The notes: generated by a model from the letters alone, not told the origin. A DNA stretch of 64,000 nt from Octopus vulgaris (GCA_951406725.2 OX597816.1:48794001-48858000); one strand, 5' to 3'; shown: positions 13,594 to 27,290, counted from the stretch's first letter. Numbers and translations: made by a program.

Positions 13594-14509
13594 GTTTAGT
13601 ATCTGTTATGTATTCGATTTCACACTTGTTGAACATTCAGTGTTTGGCTACTGTTATTTAATGGCCAAATTGTATTTCTTATTTCTTTATTGCCCACAAG
13701 GGGCTAAACATAGAGGAAACAAACAAGGACAGACAAAGGGATCAAGTCGATTACATCGACCCTAATACGTAACTAGTACTTTATTTATCGACCCCGAAAG
13801 GATGAAAGGCAAAGTCGACCTCGGCGGAATTTGAACTCAGAACGTAAAGGCAGACGAATTACCGCTAAGCATTTCGCCCAGGCCAGAGTGACAAGGGAGT
13901 ATCTATGCAAGTCGGATGAAACAAATACTTTACAATATAAATATATAGGCGTAGGTGTGGTTTTGTGGTAAAAAGCCTGCTTCCCAAACACATTCTTCCG
14001 GGTTCAGTCCCACTGCATGGCACTTTAGGCAAGTGTCTTCTCTTATAGCCTCGGGGCGACCAAAGTTTTGTGAATGGATTCAGTTGGCGGAAACCGAAAG
14101 AAGCCAGTCCCTGTAACATAACTGTTCAGCAAAAGTGACCGATAGTCTTGGAGTCAATTCGTTCAACTAAAATTCTTCAAGGCAGTGCCCCAGCATGACC
14201 GCAGTCTAACGACTGAAACAAGTAACAAGTTAAAGATAAAAATGCTGTTTATATATGCATATTTGTGTCATTTAAAAAAGTTAGGTTGCTGAATCGTTAA
14301 TGCGCTGGGCGAAATGCTTAGCAGTATTTCGTCCGTCTATTACGTTCTAAGTTCACACTGCGCCGAGGTCGACTTTGCCTTTCATCCTTTCAGAGTCAAT
14401 AAAATATGTACCAGTTGAACACTGGGATCGTTATAATCGACTAGCCGCCTTCCCTCAAATTTCGGGCCTTGTGCCTATGGTAGAAAGGATTGTTATTATT
14501 ATTATTATT

Positions 14510-15362
14510 GAGTGAGAGAGCAGTGCATGCTATCAAAGTGACACTGGGGTAAAATATACGACGCCTAATATACCCATTAGGACTACCCGACTGATAAGGG
14601 TACACCAGGAACATGCATCGCAACCATATCTGCGCGACATGGTAATCTTCATCATCATTATCATCATCATCATCATCATCATCATTATCATCTTCTTTTA
14701 AGGTCTGTTTTCCATGCTAGCATGGGTTGGACGGTTCGACGGGGTCTGGGAAGCCAGGAGGCTTCGCCAGGCTCCAGTCTGATCTGGCAGTGTTTCTACA
14801 GCTGGATGCCCTTCCTAACGCCAACTATTCCGTGAGTGTTGTTGGTGCTTTTTACGTGCCACCGGCACAGGGGCCAGAGGAGACTGGCAAACGGCCACGA
14901 TCGGTTGGTGCTTTTTACGTGTCACCGACACGGACGCCAGTCAGGCGGCGCTCAAGATAAATAGTATATGACCTTGTGGGTGAGTCCCAGTTAGAATTTT
15001 CTTCAGGTCGAGTAGCCCATCCTACTCAAAAGTTCCCTGAATAAGGATTGTTTGAAGATGCTGAACGAGACACACAGTTTTGCAGAGGTGAACTATTCAA
15101 ACCCCAAAGAATTCATCTCAACACATGGCTATGATGCTTCCCCACTACTTCTGCCCGTGATGAGAGATGCACATATCGTCAGTCACTAAGGGACATGCTC
15201 AACTGGTTAAGGTCAAACAACTGACAAGCAAATCTGTGGTATTGAACAGAATATTTGCTGTAGCACATCTTTTATACCAATACAAAACAATGTTCATGAT
15301 AACACTTCCAATCAGTTAAGATCAGAAGCCACGAGAGCCACTGCCTGGTACTGCATCAGGGC

Positions 15363-15364
<2 letters not shown>
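14510..15364. mobile_element. Non-coding interspersed repeat embedded in (ATT)n, interrupted by a (GAT)n-tailed SINE at ~14648-14952
   Basis: (ATT)n on both sides; partial second copy at ~48484-48715 ends at the same point before (ATT)n. Confidence 0.65.
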
Positions 15365-15407
<43 letters not shown>

Positions 15408-15613
15408 CATTAGTAAGGCGGTGAGTTGGCAGAATTGTTAGCACACTGGACGAAATGCTTAGCAGTATTTCACCCGTTGTTACGTTGTGAGTTCAAATTC
15501 TGCCGAGGTCGACTTTACCTTTCATCTTTTCGAGGTCGATAAATTAAGTACCAGTTGAGTACTGGGATCGATGTAATCGACTAGTTCCCTTGTGCCTTCA
15601 CTAGAATGGGCTA

Positions 15614-15709
<96 letters not shown>

Positions 15710-15763
15710 TTATTGTTATTATTATTATTATTATTTAAAAAAATTTTTTTTTTTTTATTATTA

Positions 15764-15797
<34 letters not shown>

Positions 15798-15902
15798 GAT
15801 GATGATGTTAAGATAGTGAGCTGGCGAAATTGCTAGCGAGCCAGGCAAAATGCTGCTTAGCGTATATTGTATGCGAGTAGCAAAGATTTTAACTGTCATT
15901 TC

Positions 15903-15933
<31 letters not shown>

Positions 15934-16041
15934 ATAATGGTTAAAAGCGTAAATTCGAATATGATAATATAATGATATGAGGAACTGATGGTGGATACAT
16001 AACATTGCCTTGCTTGTTTCTATTTTCTATTTTATTTTCAG

Positions 16042-16138
16042 CTCGCTGGAGAATGCCCATTTCTGTTCAATTGTAATGTGAGAAGGACTGTGAAACTCAC
16101 CTTATCCAGTACATGCCCAACATGCCATAGATCGTTAA
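16042..16138 (+). CDS. RH-domain gene, coding exon 4 (LAGECPFLF...CPTCHRSL)
   Basis: Acceptor ttttcAG, donor A|GTAAGT; first CxxC of the RH region. Confidence 0.85.
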
Positions 16139-16379
16139 GTAAGTACAAAATATTAGAAAAAAAGGCAACACAAACAAGCAAATAGTGGAAAAGAATGTGT
16201 ATTTAATACTGGTGATAAACACAGGTTTTTAAATATAATACGTCTATAAAGGAATCTTTCTCACGATGACCACTGCATTTTTGTTAAGTAGGTCATATGA
16301 ATAAAGTGTGCTGCACATTAATGATTTATTCAAATTAGCAATTGTTTACTTACGTTTCGGCTTCGGTTCGCTGTTTCTA

Positions 16380-17191
16380 TACGAGCTGATATCAAAGAGT
16401 TGCCGGATTTGTTATGTTTAATAAAGAATAACTCAACCTAAGTTTTTAATATGATCTCCTTCGAAATAGTCACTTTTGTGCGGCAATACACAGGTGCCAA
16501 TGGATCTCGACAATGGTGTTAAAATGGCGACCTTTGAGCTGCATTTTCATCTTGGGGAAGAGATGAAATTCCGCAGGTACTAAATCTATCGAATAGGTCG
16601 GGTGCGGAAGTGATACCATGTTGTTTTGAGCGAGAAACCCACGAGTGAGGAAAGCTTGGTGACAAGGTGCATTGTAATTGTGAGGCATTATCATTGCCTA
16701 CACGGACCCATATGGCAGACCAATGGCATAGCAATGTTGTAGTTTGTCCTTCGAAGATCCCCATGCACAAGCTGATGAATTTTCTCTGCATTTCCAGGGG
16801 TGACGCTCGTGGCAGATCTTCAAGATCTCTCATCGTCTTCCAGGGACGTTCTTCCGGTTTTGAAGCACCCGTACCACTAGAAACATTGCGAACGACCCAT
16901 TGCTTCGTCGCCATGAACATGCTTAATATCTCCGTTGCGGACTTCCCAATTTAAATGCAAAATTTCATGTTGGCTCTTTGTTCCAACTTCCTCTCCATAA
17001 CAGAAATCGCAGGCTCCAGCATACATGTGATCACTAAAAGACATATTCCACAACTTGTGAAATAAACACAGCGATTTCACTCGGCACACTGCCGCATGAA
17101 TGTTACTGCTAGCTCTCACTGTGTACACAACCGTGTGCTGCCATCTGATGGCGCGCTACTAGTCCGGGAAATTTTGTAATATCACCTCGTA
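16380..17191 (-). mobile_element. Internally deleted mariner element
   Basis: Imperfect TIRs TACGAG.TGATAT with TA ends; remnant PHPTYSIDLVPAEFHLFPKMK (YSPDLAP motif). Confidence 0.8.
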
Positions 17192-17489
17192 TACTTTAGA
17201 CTGGCCGAGGTACCTTCGTGTCGGAAATGACTTGAGTACTTGGCAGTAACAAGGTTCAGAACAGCGGAATGCGGATAAGTCACTCTCGTGGTCGCTTTCG
17301 AGATGATTTCGTTTCCTCTTGCTCTGAAGTATATTGTGTTTTTAACACACTGCGTCTATAACGCTATATTCCCCCAAACGACCACTTCAGCCTCTGACTT
17401 TACCACGATATACACACGGAAAGTATATCAGTATATCATATCAAAACTTAATCTATACCATTTCCCATTCAATATCAGAATAATTCCTT

Positions 17490-17706
17490 AAGGCGGCGAA
17501 CTGACAGAAAAGTTAGCACAACGGGCAAAATGTTTAGCAGTATTTCGTCTGTCTTTAAGCTCTGAGTTCAAATTCCGCCGAGGTCTACTTTGCCTTTCAT
17601 CCTTTCGGGGTCGATAAATAAAGTACCATTTGCATACTGCGGTCGATCTAATCGACTGCTCCCCTCCCCCCAAAATTTCGGGTCTTGTGCCTAGAGTAGA
17701 AAAGAA
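17490..17706 (+). mobile_element. SINE family A with ~17-bp TSD
   Basis: AATATCAGAATAATTCC before, AATATCAAAATAATTCC after. Confidence 0.8.
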
Positions 17707-17904
17707 TATCAAAATAATTCCATTCAGTTTGGAATAATTCCATTCATATTACATACTATATAGTATATAATATGCTTTTGGGCATAAATAATAAATAAAC
17801 TTAGTGAATAAATTGATTATGAATGGAACGATATAACGCAAAAATCAGTTTATTATTAGTTGTACATAAATGATTAAATCAAAAACACTGTAATTTTTAT
17901 TCTC

Positions 17905-18035
17905 ATTTTGAATGGAATCATTCTTGTTTTGGATGGAATTATTCCATTTTGAAAGGAACTATTCCATTTTGAATGAGCTATTCTATTTTGAATGGAATTA
18001 TTCCATATTGAATCAAATTATTCTCATATTGAATG
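17905..18035. repeat. Degenerate ~20-bp tandem repeat (GGAATTATTCCATTTTGAAT), about 6 units
   Basis: Visible periodic repeat; inverted versions near 17712-17750. Confidence 0.6.
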
Positions 18036-18663
18036 TGGAATGCTATTAGCTTATTGCATAATATATATATATAAATATATATATATATAGGATAAGAGGA
18101 GTTTTCGTTTCGAATGCTCAAAAAGGTGTACCACTAAAATTCAAATTTGAACAGCAGTTAAATTTGTGGTAAGTGGCTGGCTTGTTCAAAGTGGCTGGAA
18201 GTAGCTTCCCCTTGAATCAGTAGGTATAGGTTAAAGTAGTGAGGAAAGGCAAACAATTAAGCAAGACATTTAATTTAATTCAATTTAGCTACATAACGAA
18301 TAGTAATTTGTTATTGCATAATTTGGCTTTTATTCAACTTAGCGGCCGCTTTGGTTTTATCATTCGTTGCAATTTTTTTTTTTTTACCATTTTTTACTAT
18401 TCGAAGTAATAAGTAAGCATGAGGTTTGTTGAGCGTCTAATCTAATTTCTTTTCCTGGACGGCACTACTTTCTTTCTTTGACGTCGTTAATGTCCTTGTA
18501 AAAAACAGAAAAGCCTTACGCATAATTTCCTTCACCTGCTCATAATTCTGGGACCTTGAGTATAAAGAAGAAATTAGTCAACTAACTAATCAGTTGTTTA
18601 ATTAATTATTAAATCGTTTATAAGTGTATAAGCATTGGGACTCTTTAAATTGAATAGTTGCAG

Positions 18664-18792
18664 ATTTTAATCCCCGAATGCCGCGCAAGTGTAGTTACGA
18701 TGGACTGTACTACTGTGATAAACACCATGTGGACGACATTTTCTATATTCCGGCTGAAATGGTTTTTAACTGGAAGTTTGAGATGTTTAAAG
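18664..18792 (+). CDS. RH-domain gene, coding exon 5 (PRKCSYDGLYYCDKHHVDDIFYIPAEMVFNWKFEMFK)
   Basis: Matches the RH-family signature C-x-Y-x-G-x-YYC..xH...IPA..+.NW.F; acceptor ttgcAG, donor AAG|GTAAG. Confidence 0.92.
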
Positions 18793-19074
18793 GTAAGAAT
18801 GAACTCATTATACTGACTGATTTTCTTTATCATCATCATCATCATCATTATTATTATTATTATCACCAAGGTAATGAACCTGCAGAATCATTCGCGTACT
18901 GGGCAAAATACTTAGCGGCATTTCGTCCGACTTTACGTTCTGAATTCAAATGCTGCCGAGGTCGACGTTGCCTTTAATCTTTTCGGGGTCGATAAAATAA
19001 GTACCAGTTCAATAGTAGGGCCGATGTAATCGACTTACTTCATCTCCCAAAACTTGTGTGCCAAAATTTGAAAC

Positions 19075-19129
<55 letters not shown>

Positions 19130-19131
<2 letters not shown>

Positions 19132-19533
19132 TCTTTTACTCTTTACTCTTTTACTTGTTTCAGTCATTTGACTGCGGCCATGCTGGAGCACCGCCTTTAG
19201 ACGAGCAAATCGACCCCGGGACTTATTCTTTGTAAGCCCAGTACTTATTATATCGGTCTCTTTTGCCAAACCGCTAAGTTACGGGGACGTAAACACACCA
19301 GCATCGGTTGTCAAGCAATGCTAGGGGGACAAACACAAACACACACATATATATACATATACATATATACGATGGGCTTCTTTCAGTTTCTGTCTACCAA
19401 ATCCACTCACAAGGCATTGGTCGGCCCGGGGCTATAGCAGAAGACACTTGCCCAAGATGCCACGCAGTGGGACTGAACCCAGAACCATGTGGTTGGTTAG
19501 CAAGCTACTTACCACACAGCCACTCCTGCGCCT
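19130..19533 (-). mobile_element. SINE family B, full length
   Basis: Complete head to (GTAAAAGA)n tail. Confidence 0.85.
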
Positions 19534-19589
19534 AATATAATAATAATAATATTATTATTATTGTTGTTGTTGTTATTATTATTATTATT

Positions 19590-22500
19590 GTCATTTACTT
19601 TTAATCTGCATGTTTGATGCAATCACCTGCCGGGGCACACCCAGCGCCCTAGGGCAAGTGAAGGTTAAGAGTTGTTGAAATATAGCTGAAAGCTTGGGGA
19701 GGGGAAGTAGAGAAATATCTCCATGTAATACAAACACAAACATTTACATTGATAGGGTTTTTCTAAGGATGTGGGCAGTACTTGTTAGCACAATCTTTTG
19801 GATTTCCTTGAGACATGGTTTTCCAGGGATATTGTCTAGGTGTTTCTGACATCCCTTTTTTATCATACCTAGGGCACCTACAATAACAGGAACAGTTTTT
19901 GTTTTAAGATTCCACATCCTCTGTATTTCGATTTCCAGGTCCTTATATTTACTAAGTTTGTCAAATTCCTTGACAGATACATTTTTATCAGTGGGGACGC
20001 TTACTTCTATTAGTCTGCAGGTATTTTCTTCCCTGTCTTTAACAATTATGTCTGGTCGATTAGCCTTGATCGTTCTGTCAGTGTTGACTGGAAAATCCCA
20101 GAGGATGGTGACATCTTTACCTTCAACAACTGGCTGAGGATGGTGTTCATACCAGTTAGCAGGAGTGTCGGATTTGTAGTGTTTACATATCTTCCAATGT
20201 ATATACTGTCCTACCCTATCGTGGCGATTTTTGTATTCGTTTGGTGTCAGCACAGGACATCTCGAAACGAGATGGTCTATTGTTTCGTCAAATGTGTCAC
20301 AGAATCTGCATTTAGGGTCAGTACCGTTTCGGAGAACGTTAGCCTGGTAATTTCTGGTAAACAAGCTTTGATCTTGTGCTGCCATTATGAAGCCTTCAGT
20401 CTCTGCTTTCAATCCAGAACTCTTCAGCCACTGATGGGTTGTTGCTTGGTCTACATCAGCATTTTGGCTTCGGAGAATGTATTGTCCATGCAGGGGCTTC
20501 TGGCTCCACCGCCTCTCAATTTGATTCTGCCCATTCTTTTTTGCAGTCTGCCTGATTCGCTTTGCTTGCTTGGTAGCAGTGGTTTCTGGCTCTTCACCTG
20601 ATTCAAGGTTAATGCCTAGTTCCCTTTCGAACTTATAAGCTTCCTTGACAATAGAATGCAGCTTTTTGCTGCTTTCGTGTTCACACACAAGTCGCAGCAT
20701 CCAGTCTTTTGTACTAGATAGGTACCTGTTCATTCCTACAGTAGAGGTCTTATAGCACAGCTCCAATTGCATCATTCCTCTCCCCCCCGCTGCTTCTAGG
20801 TAGGTACAAGCGGTCTACATCTGCCTTAGGGTGGTGCATGCTCCTGGATGTCAGTAACTTTCTTGTCTTCCTGTCCAAGCGTTGGAGTTCCGTAAGGTTC
20901 CAGTTAATGATGTTAAAACTGTACTGGACTACTGGAAGTGCCAGGGTGTTAATGGCCTCAATGCAATTTTTGGAGTTGAGTTCAGTCTTCAGTACAAGCC
21001 TTATTCTCCTATAGTACTCCTTTCTTATTTTTTCCTTCATAGTAGCATGATGTATACCATCTCCTTCGTTGATTCCTAGGTATTTGTAACTTTCTTGTGG
21101 GCCAAGTTCCTTGATGGTAGTGTCAATATCTAATTTAACAGAAGCTGTTTGCCTGAGCTTGCCTCTTACAAAAGTTGCTTTAGCACACTTATCAAGGCCA
21201 AAATCCATTCCGATATCATTGCTAAACTCTTTAACAGTTGTTAGCAGCCCTTCTAGCTCTTGGTCATTCTTGGCAAACAGCTTTAGATCGTCTATATAAA
21301 AAAGGTGGTTTATTAACTTGCTAAAAACTTTGTACCCATATCTGGCACTATCCAATTCGTTTGAGAGTGGGATCAGTGCCATGCAAAAAGTAATGGAGAG
21401 AGGGAGTCACCTTGAAAGATGCCTCGTTTGATGTTGATGCTGTTGGACTGGCTCATCCCATTACTATGGCTTAGAAAGAGACGTGTGTTCCACATGGTCA
21501 TGCTATTCTCTAAGAATTTTGAGACGACAGGGGAGATCTTGTATATCTCAAGGGCCTTGAGTATCCATTTATGTGGGACACTGTCATACGCTTTCCTGTA
21601 GTCTATCCATGCCATACTCAGGTGTTTTTGTTTTTGCTCCGGCAATTCTCTACAATCATTCTGTTTATAAGCAATTGGTCTTTGCACCCATAAGAGTTTC
21701 TTTTACAACCTTTTTGAGCTTGTGGAAGGATAGAATTTTGTTCAAGGAAAGCGTACATTCTCTCCGTTATTATGGATGTGAGGATTTTGTAGGTGGTGTT
21801 GAGACATGTTATTGGCCGGTAATTCTTTGGGTTTTTTGTGTCTTCGGATTTAGGTAATAGGTAGGTGGTTCCTTCAGTCAGCCAAGCAGGTATTTGCTCT
21901 GGGTTCTGAATGACATCAGACAGAGATGCAGCGAGATGTTCGTGTACCTCTGTCAAACAATTCAGCCAGAAGTTAGGGATCCGATCCAGTCCTGGGGTTT
22001 TCCATTTATGAGCCTTCCTAAGGACACACCTTAGCTCCTCTATTCCTATTGCTTCCCATTTCTGTTCTTCAAGTTCATCCAGTCTCTCTTTCTCACGTTC
22101 TATCCAGTCAGCCTCAGCATTAAACTCTTTTTCGTTGCTCCATACCTTCTTCCAGAACTCCTCCACTTCCTCAATCTTAGGTGGATCTTCTATGTGTATT
22201 TTATTTTTGCCAATTTCCCTATAAAATTTCTTTGCATCTGTCTTAAAAAATTTATTTTGTCGATAAAATTTGTTTCTTTTGTCATACCTTCTAAGCCGTT
22301 GAGCTTTCAACTGTATCCGTTGTTTCAACAGTTCCTTAGTTGCAGGGAGGTTTATGAGATCTTTGATTTTATATTTTTGCTTGATTTTTCTAGCTTTTCT
22401 CGGCTTAATATTCACTCCTCTAGCAAGCTCATCGAGAACTGAAACATCCGCCCGCAGAGATTCAATCTCTTTTTGTATCGCTACTTTCCACTTAGGAGGT

Positions 22501-23614
22501 TCATTGACATGCCTGACCTTTTTCTTTGTCATCTTAATACCTAGTTGGGTAGTTACTACTTTAGCAGTGGAATAAATGAGATTATTTAAGGTTGTCAAAT
22601 CATTCCCCTTATTTCTTAAGATCTGTCCTAGGGCAACGTTATATGTCATGATTGTGTTGTTATTTCTTGTGCCATTTGAAAACTTTGGTAGTGGTTCTCT
22701 ATTAACCATGTCAGTGAGCTCAATCTTGCCGAGTTCTCTCATAATGTCCACTTTTGCTTCCATAATCTTTTCTCTATTATTCACCTCAAATTCTATGTCA
22801 TATGTATTTTGGTTTTCTTGAGGAAGGTCTACGTTCTCCTCTTTTTTCAAATCTCTCGTCTTCGCTATTCTTTGTTTAACTTCCCCATTGGGAAGTTGAT
22901 TTGCCGCTTGTACACTGGCTTCTGTGCTACTGTTACCTATTTCGTCTACATTGTTGCTGTTTTCTTTTGGTCTACCATGAGCTATTAGTGTCCTAATTTT
23001 GTCAATTTCAGCGTCAGTTAGTCTTTTGTTTTTAATTATATCTCTGCGTACATTACTTAATTTATTTGCGTCTATATATCTACGTACGTCATTGCCTACT
23101 GAATTTCTCCATGAGATGTATGTTTGTACACTGAGGTTATTGTTTGGGTTTAGTTGGGCTGTATAAAAAGCTTTCAACACATCTCTATAGTCCTCTCTGG
23201 TCCATTTTATACGTTTTGCTTTAGGTGGTGTTTTTGGTGGTGTCACTACAAGTCCAGAGTTAGAAGTATTCTGGTTCTGGTCACCTGGTAGATCGTCTTT
23301 TTGAGAGTTTGTTCCAGCAGCAAACTTTTCGACCCCAGTTTGGTTCCCTACTGGGTAACGCGGTCCTTGTTGTCCCGGGCGATGACCGATCCGGCATGAT
23401 TTTTGGCTTGTTTTCATTAAATGATTGACGGCGACATCAGGGGGGTCCATTTTTTCAGAGTCAACTTTTTGACAAGACGCCGCTTCTGTGACGGTGACAG
23501 GGTCAATTTTTTGACAAAACACCGCTTCTGAATTCTCCGAATTAATATATTGTTCATATCGAACTCGCATAAGACTTACAGATCGAAATTCGCCTCTATT
23601 TCTTTTGGTAGTCA

Positions 23615-23617
<3 letters not shown>
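19590..23617 (-). mobile_element. R4/Dong-clade non-LTR retrotransposon, near full length, ORF broken by 3 frameshifts
   Basis: ORF pieces 21618-23615, 21373-21687, 20750-21382, 19744-20775: Myb-like KWTRED, RT (NYRPITCL, QGDSLSPLLF, YIDD), CCHC knuckle CRFC..ETIDHLVSRC, RHD, PD..EVS..K restriction-like endonuclease; (TAA)n at both ends. Confidence 0.92.
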
Positions 23618-23709
<92 letters not shown>

Positions 23710-24301
23710 TTTATTCGAAAAAGAAGGGAGGTGGATTAGCGGATTCGAGGAAGCAACGCGTAAAATGCTCTGCATATCCGATTTTCATTCTTATAAATCC
23801 AATGGAATAGGGTCCAGTAGATTACTGTGACGAACAAATTGACTTAAAATTCCCTCCAAATATGTTGCCTAGTGCACAGATATTGTTAATTCGAAAGAAT
23901 TTTTAAGACTATGGGCTCGATGCAATACAGCTTGAAGGTACCTAGGCTGATAACTATAGAATTTTCCTACTGGGAACATCATTTCAGAAGATTCCATTCT
24001 AGGCAATCCTGAGTAAGTTTTTAGACTGGGATTTACGGAATGAAACAAAGTAATGACGATAAGAGGAAGAGAGACAGATGTAGTCGATTTTTGGGTGGAG
24101 TAGTTCAAAGTTTGCTTCTGAGAGGTACAGAGGTAACTATCGTAAAAGCAGAAGAAGAGTGAAGAAGCAACAGCGTCTGTGGCCTATATGTTTCTTGTGG
24201 ATATACCATAAAAATTGCTTCGTGTGCAATAGCAACACTATCTTACCATAGTAAACGGTTTATTTATAAATTTCTCTCACAGGTTTGATACCCATCCTTA
24301 T

Positions 24302-24582
24302 TATCTCTTGTGAAAAGTAGGAGAGTCATCTCTTGTGAAAGGTAGGAGAGTCCAGTTTGCTGGACATTGTTGTAGAGCTGAAAAAGAGGTAATTTCTACT
24401 CTTCTCCTCTGGAAGCCATCTACTCGCAATACCAGAGGGCGCACACTCTCCTACCCTGATGTAATCTCCAGGGATACAGGCATCCAGCAACAGGACCTCC
24501 GTAATGCCATGATGGACCGTGAAGTCTGGCGTAGCATGGCAAATTCCATTGTCTCGACCACGGTCGAACAATGATGATGATG
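24302..24582 (+). mobile_element. 5'-truncated RTE-type LINE 3' end
   Basis: RRVQFAGHCCR...DREVWR C-terminus, (TGA)n tail, TSD ATCCTTAT at 24294-24301 and 24583-24590. Confidence 0.8.
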
Positions 24583-25587
24583 ATCCTTATATTAGTCCCC
24601 TCAAAATACAGCAGTTTCTGAGCTTCTTTTATATAAGTACGAAAGCCCAGTCAGATCACCTGAAAGTCTAGCTTTCTGTATCTGAAATGGAAGATGTTTC
24701 AACCCGGAGTAATAATTTCTCTCACTTTACACAGTGTAATTACAACCCATGGATGAGTATTACTCCAATTTTAAGAACGGAGCCGCATCTAAATTCACAA
24801 ACATTCTCAACTGTATCCAAGAAAAAAAAAATCAAAGTCAAAAGGAGGCTACAATTACTTATCCATCGATATGCTGTATCATCCCTTTGTCTCTTATTGA
24901 TACAGTAACGTTTCCTGATCAGAGTTTTCTCACTTATTTAGTTGTACTGTTCTCTTCGTACCCCGACCTAAGCCGGATGCTGATAACCCTTTTTGTTTCG
25001 GTAAATCTTAGCTAATTATTTAAGGAAACATCGCCCTTAATAATCGCTATTTCTCATTTTTATTCTCCAAATTTATATTTTACAGCTCATAACAATCTCA
25101 CATTTTCATTATCTACATCAAACTTCAAAAATCTCTCTCAAAATATACCCTACTCGATCAGGGGCTAAACAACAATAGAATTAATTGTTTCTAACTTAAG
25201 CACAAAGCTCGAAATTTGAGGGTAGGAGATTAGTCGATAAATTTAGACAGTGATAATTTTAGACTATTTTGTCGACCCCAGAGGTGTAAAAGGTAAAATT
25301 GATCTCGGCAGGATATTAACTTGGAATGGTGTAACAAAATAGAGCAAGCCCAATGCGTTAATGATCCTTCCAACGTACCACGCTAACAACAACGACATCA
25401 ACAGCAAAAACATCAACATTAAATGTTAACATCTCAGAGTTTATCCCTTTGATCATAGTCTGCTCAAAATGAACCGGCCTTGTGCTAAAAAATAGCATAA
25501 ACTACTTACAATTTATTTTTCTGATTATAGATCTTATTGATTTAGGTAGGCCCAAAATTAAGCAATGAACAACAGCAACAACAGCGT

Positions 25588-25780
25588 GGAGGCGCAATGG
25601 CCCAGGGGTTAGGGCAGCGGACTCGCGGTCGTAAGAACGCGGTTTCGATTCCCAGACCGGGTATTGTGAGTGTTTATTGAGAAAAAAACATCTGAGCTCC
25701 ACGAGGCTCTGGCGGGGTGGGTGGGGGTGAACCCCGCTGTATTCTTTCACCACAACTTTCTCTTTCTTCCTACTTCTGCC
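25588..25780 (+). mobile_element. tRNA-derived SINE family C, partial
   Basis: GGAGGCGCAATGGCCCAG..GGTTAG and GTTTCGATTCCC boxes; copies at 38645-38942(-), 51573-51880(+), variants at 60228-60540 and 61542-61780. Confidence 0.8.
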
Positions 25781-26182
25781 ACAAAGCAGAAAGTTTACCA
25801 TTGTGGTGTGGTAAACTTTCAAATCCTAATCTACGAGTAGATTGCAAATCCTCTGTACCACAGGATGGTTCAGCTCTCCACCCGTTAAAAGCCACGGTTT
25901 ACGGAATGAGGATAACGTAGCTTTTGCGCCCGTGCAACCACCAGTCTATCGTACGTGGTGGGTGGATCGCTAAGTTGCCACACGCATTCTTAGTAGCTTA
26001 GAGTAAGCTCGAATTAGAGATTATTCTTTGTGGCTAATGGCGTCAGTCCTGATTGGAAGAAGAAGACATCAACAGCAGTAGCAATAGTTTACCTTGTTTT
26101 TAATTAAAATATATTAAATTCATCAGCTTACAAAAAAACGTTCGTTTATTTCCATATTTACTGTCTGTTCATTTATTTTCAG

Positions 26183-26295
26183 TGTCACGCCAAAATTACG
26201 ATTTCCTAAGGTCGTGGTTTGACCAACCAGTTATTGATCTGAGTGCACTATGTGCACGTCTACATTACTATGTCACACCTTTGAATAACGTCCGG
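26183..26295 (+). CDS. RH-domain gene, coding exon 6 (VSRQNYDFLRSWFDQPVIDL...NNVR)
   Basis: RH-family VS+...FL....QP+I pattern; acceptor ttttcAG, donor CGG|GTAAAT; phases 1/0. Confidence 0.9.
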
Positions 26296-26546
26296 GTAAA
26301 TATCTCGATTCCTTCTTCCTCTCAAAACGTTATTTCTTTATACTTTGTACATGCACTGGAGTTGTTGTTGTATGTGATAAACTAGCCATGCTATACTGAG
26401 ATTTGGGTGTTGGAGTCAGTGTATTTGCGGAGGAGGCTGGAGACAAAAGATGCAAGCATGTATGAACTTCAGGAGAAAAAGGAGCTGAGAGATAAAATAG
26501 AAATAAGAAGAATCAATTACATACCTGTCTGTCTCTATTTCTCTCT

Positions 26547-26592
<46 letters not shown>

Positions 26593-26744
26593 ACTCTTGT
26601 ATGAACTACCATTTATTTTCCTCTAATTCTCCCACTCTCCTTATCTTCTTTCTATCTTCACGCGTACATACTCATACTATACTACTCTTCCACTTCCACA
26701 CCAGATCATACATAAATGTGTCCACATACATGCATATCCTTCCC

Positions 26745-27290
26745 CATCCTCTCTCTCCCCCTCCTCTCCTCTCCCCCTCCTCTCTCCCCCATCCCCTGTC
26801 CCCTCTCTTCTCTTCTCTCCTTCTCTCTCTCCTCATATACCCACCTTCCCCTCTCCCCATAAACCCACCCACCCCTACTCCACCTTCCCTACCCTTCCCA
26901 CCCCTTACCCACTCTACCCCACCCCCCACACCTCTCACCCCTATCCCACACCTCTCCCCCACATACCTCACCCCTATCCCATACCCCGTCCCCCACATAC
27001 CTCACCTCTAACCCCACCCTCTACCTACCCACAACCCCCACTCTACCCCGACCCCTAGCCGAACCCACACCCCACTTATGCTTTCCCAACTCTCGCCTCC
27101 CTCACCTCCCCACCCCACCACACCACACTACACTACACCACACATTACATATCACATCACATCACAACACACCACCCACACACCCATCCCCACATCTTTA
27201 CACCTACACATACATACACATATCACATCACAACACACCACCCACACAGCCATCCCCACATCTCCACACCCACACACGCGTCCAGACCAC
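26745..27290. repeat. C-rich low-complexity tract
   Basis: Runs of C with almost no G on +; the ORFs called here are artefacts. Confidence 0.7.
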
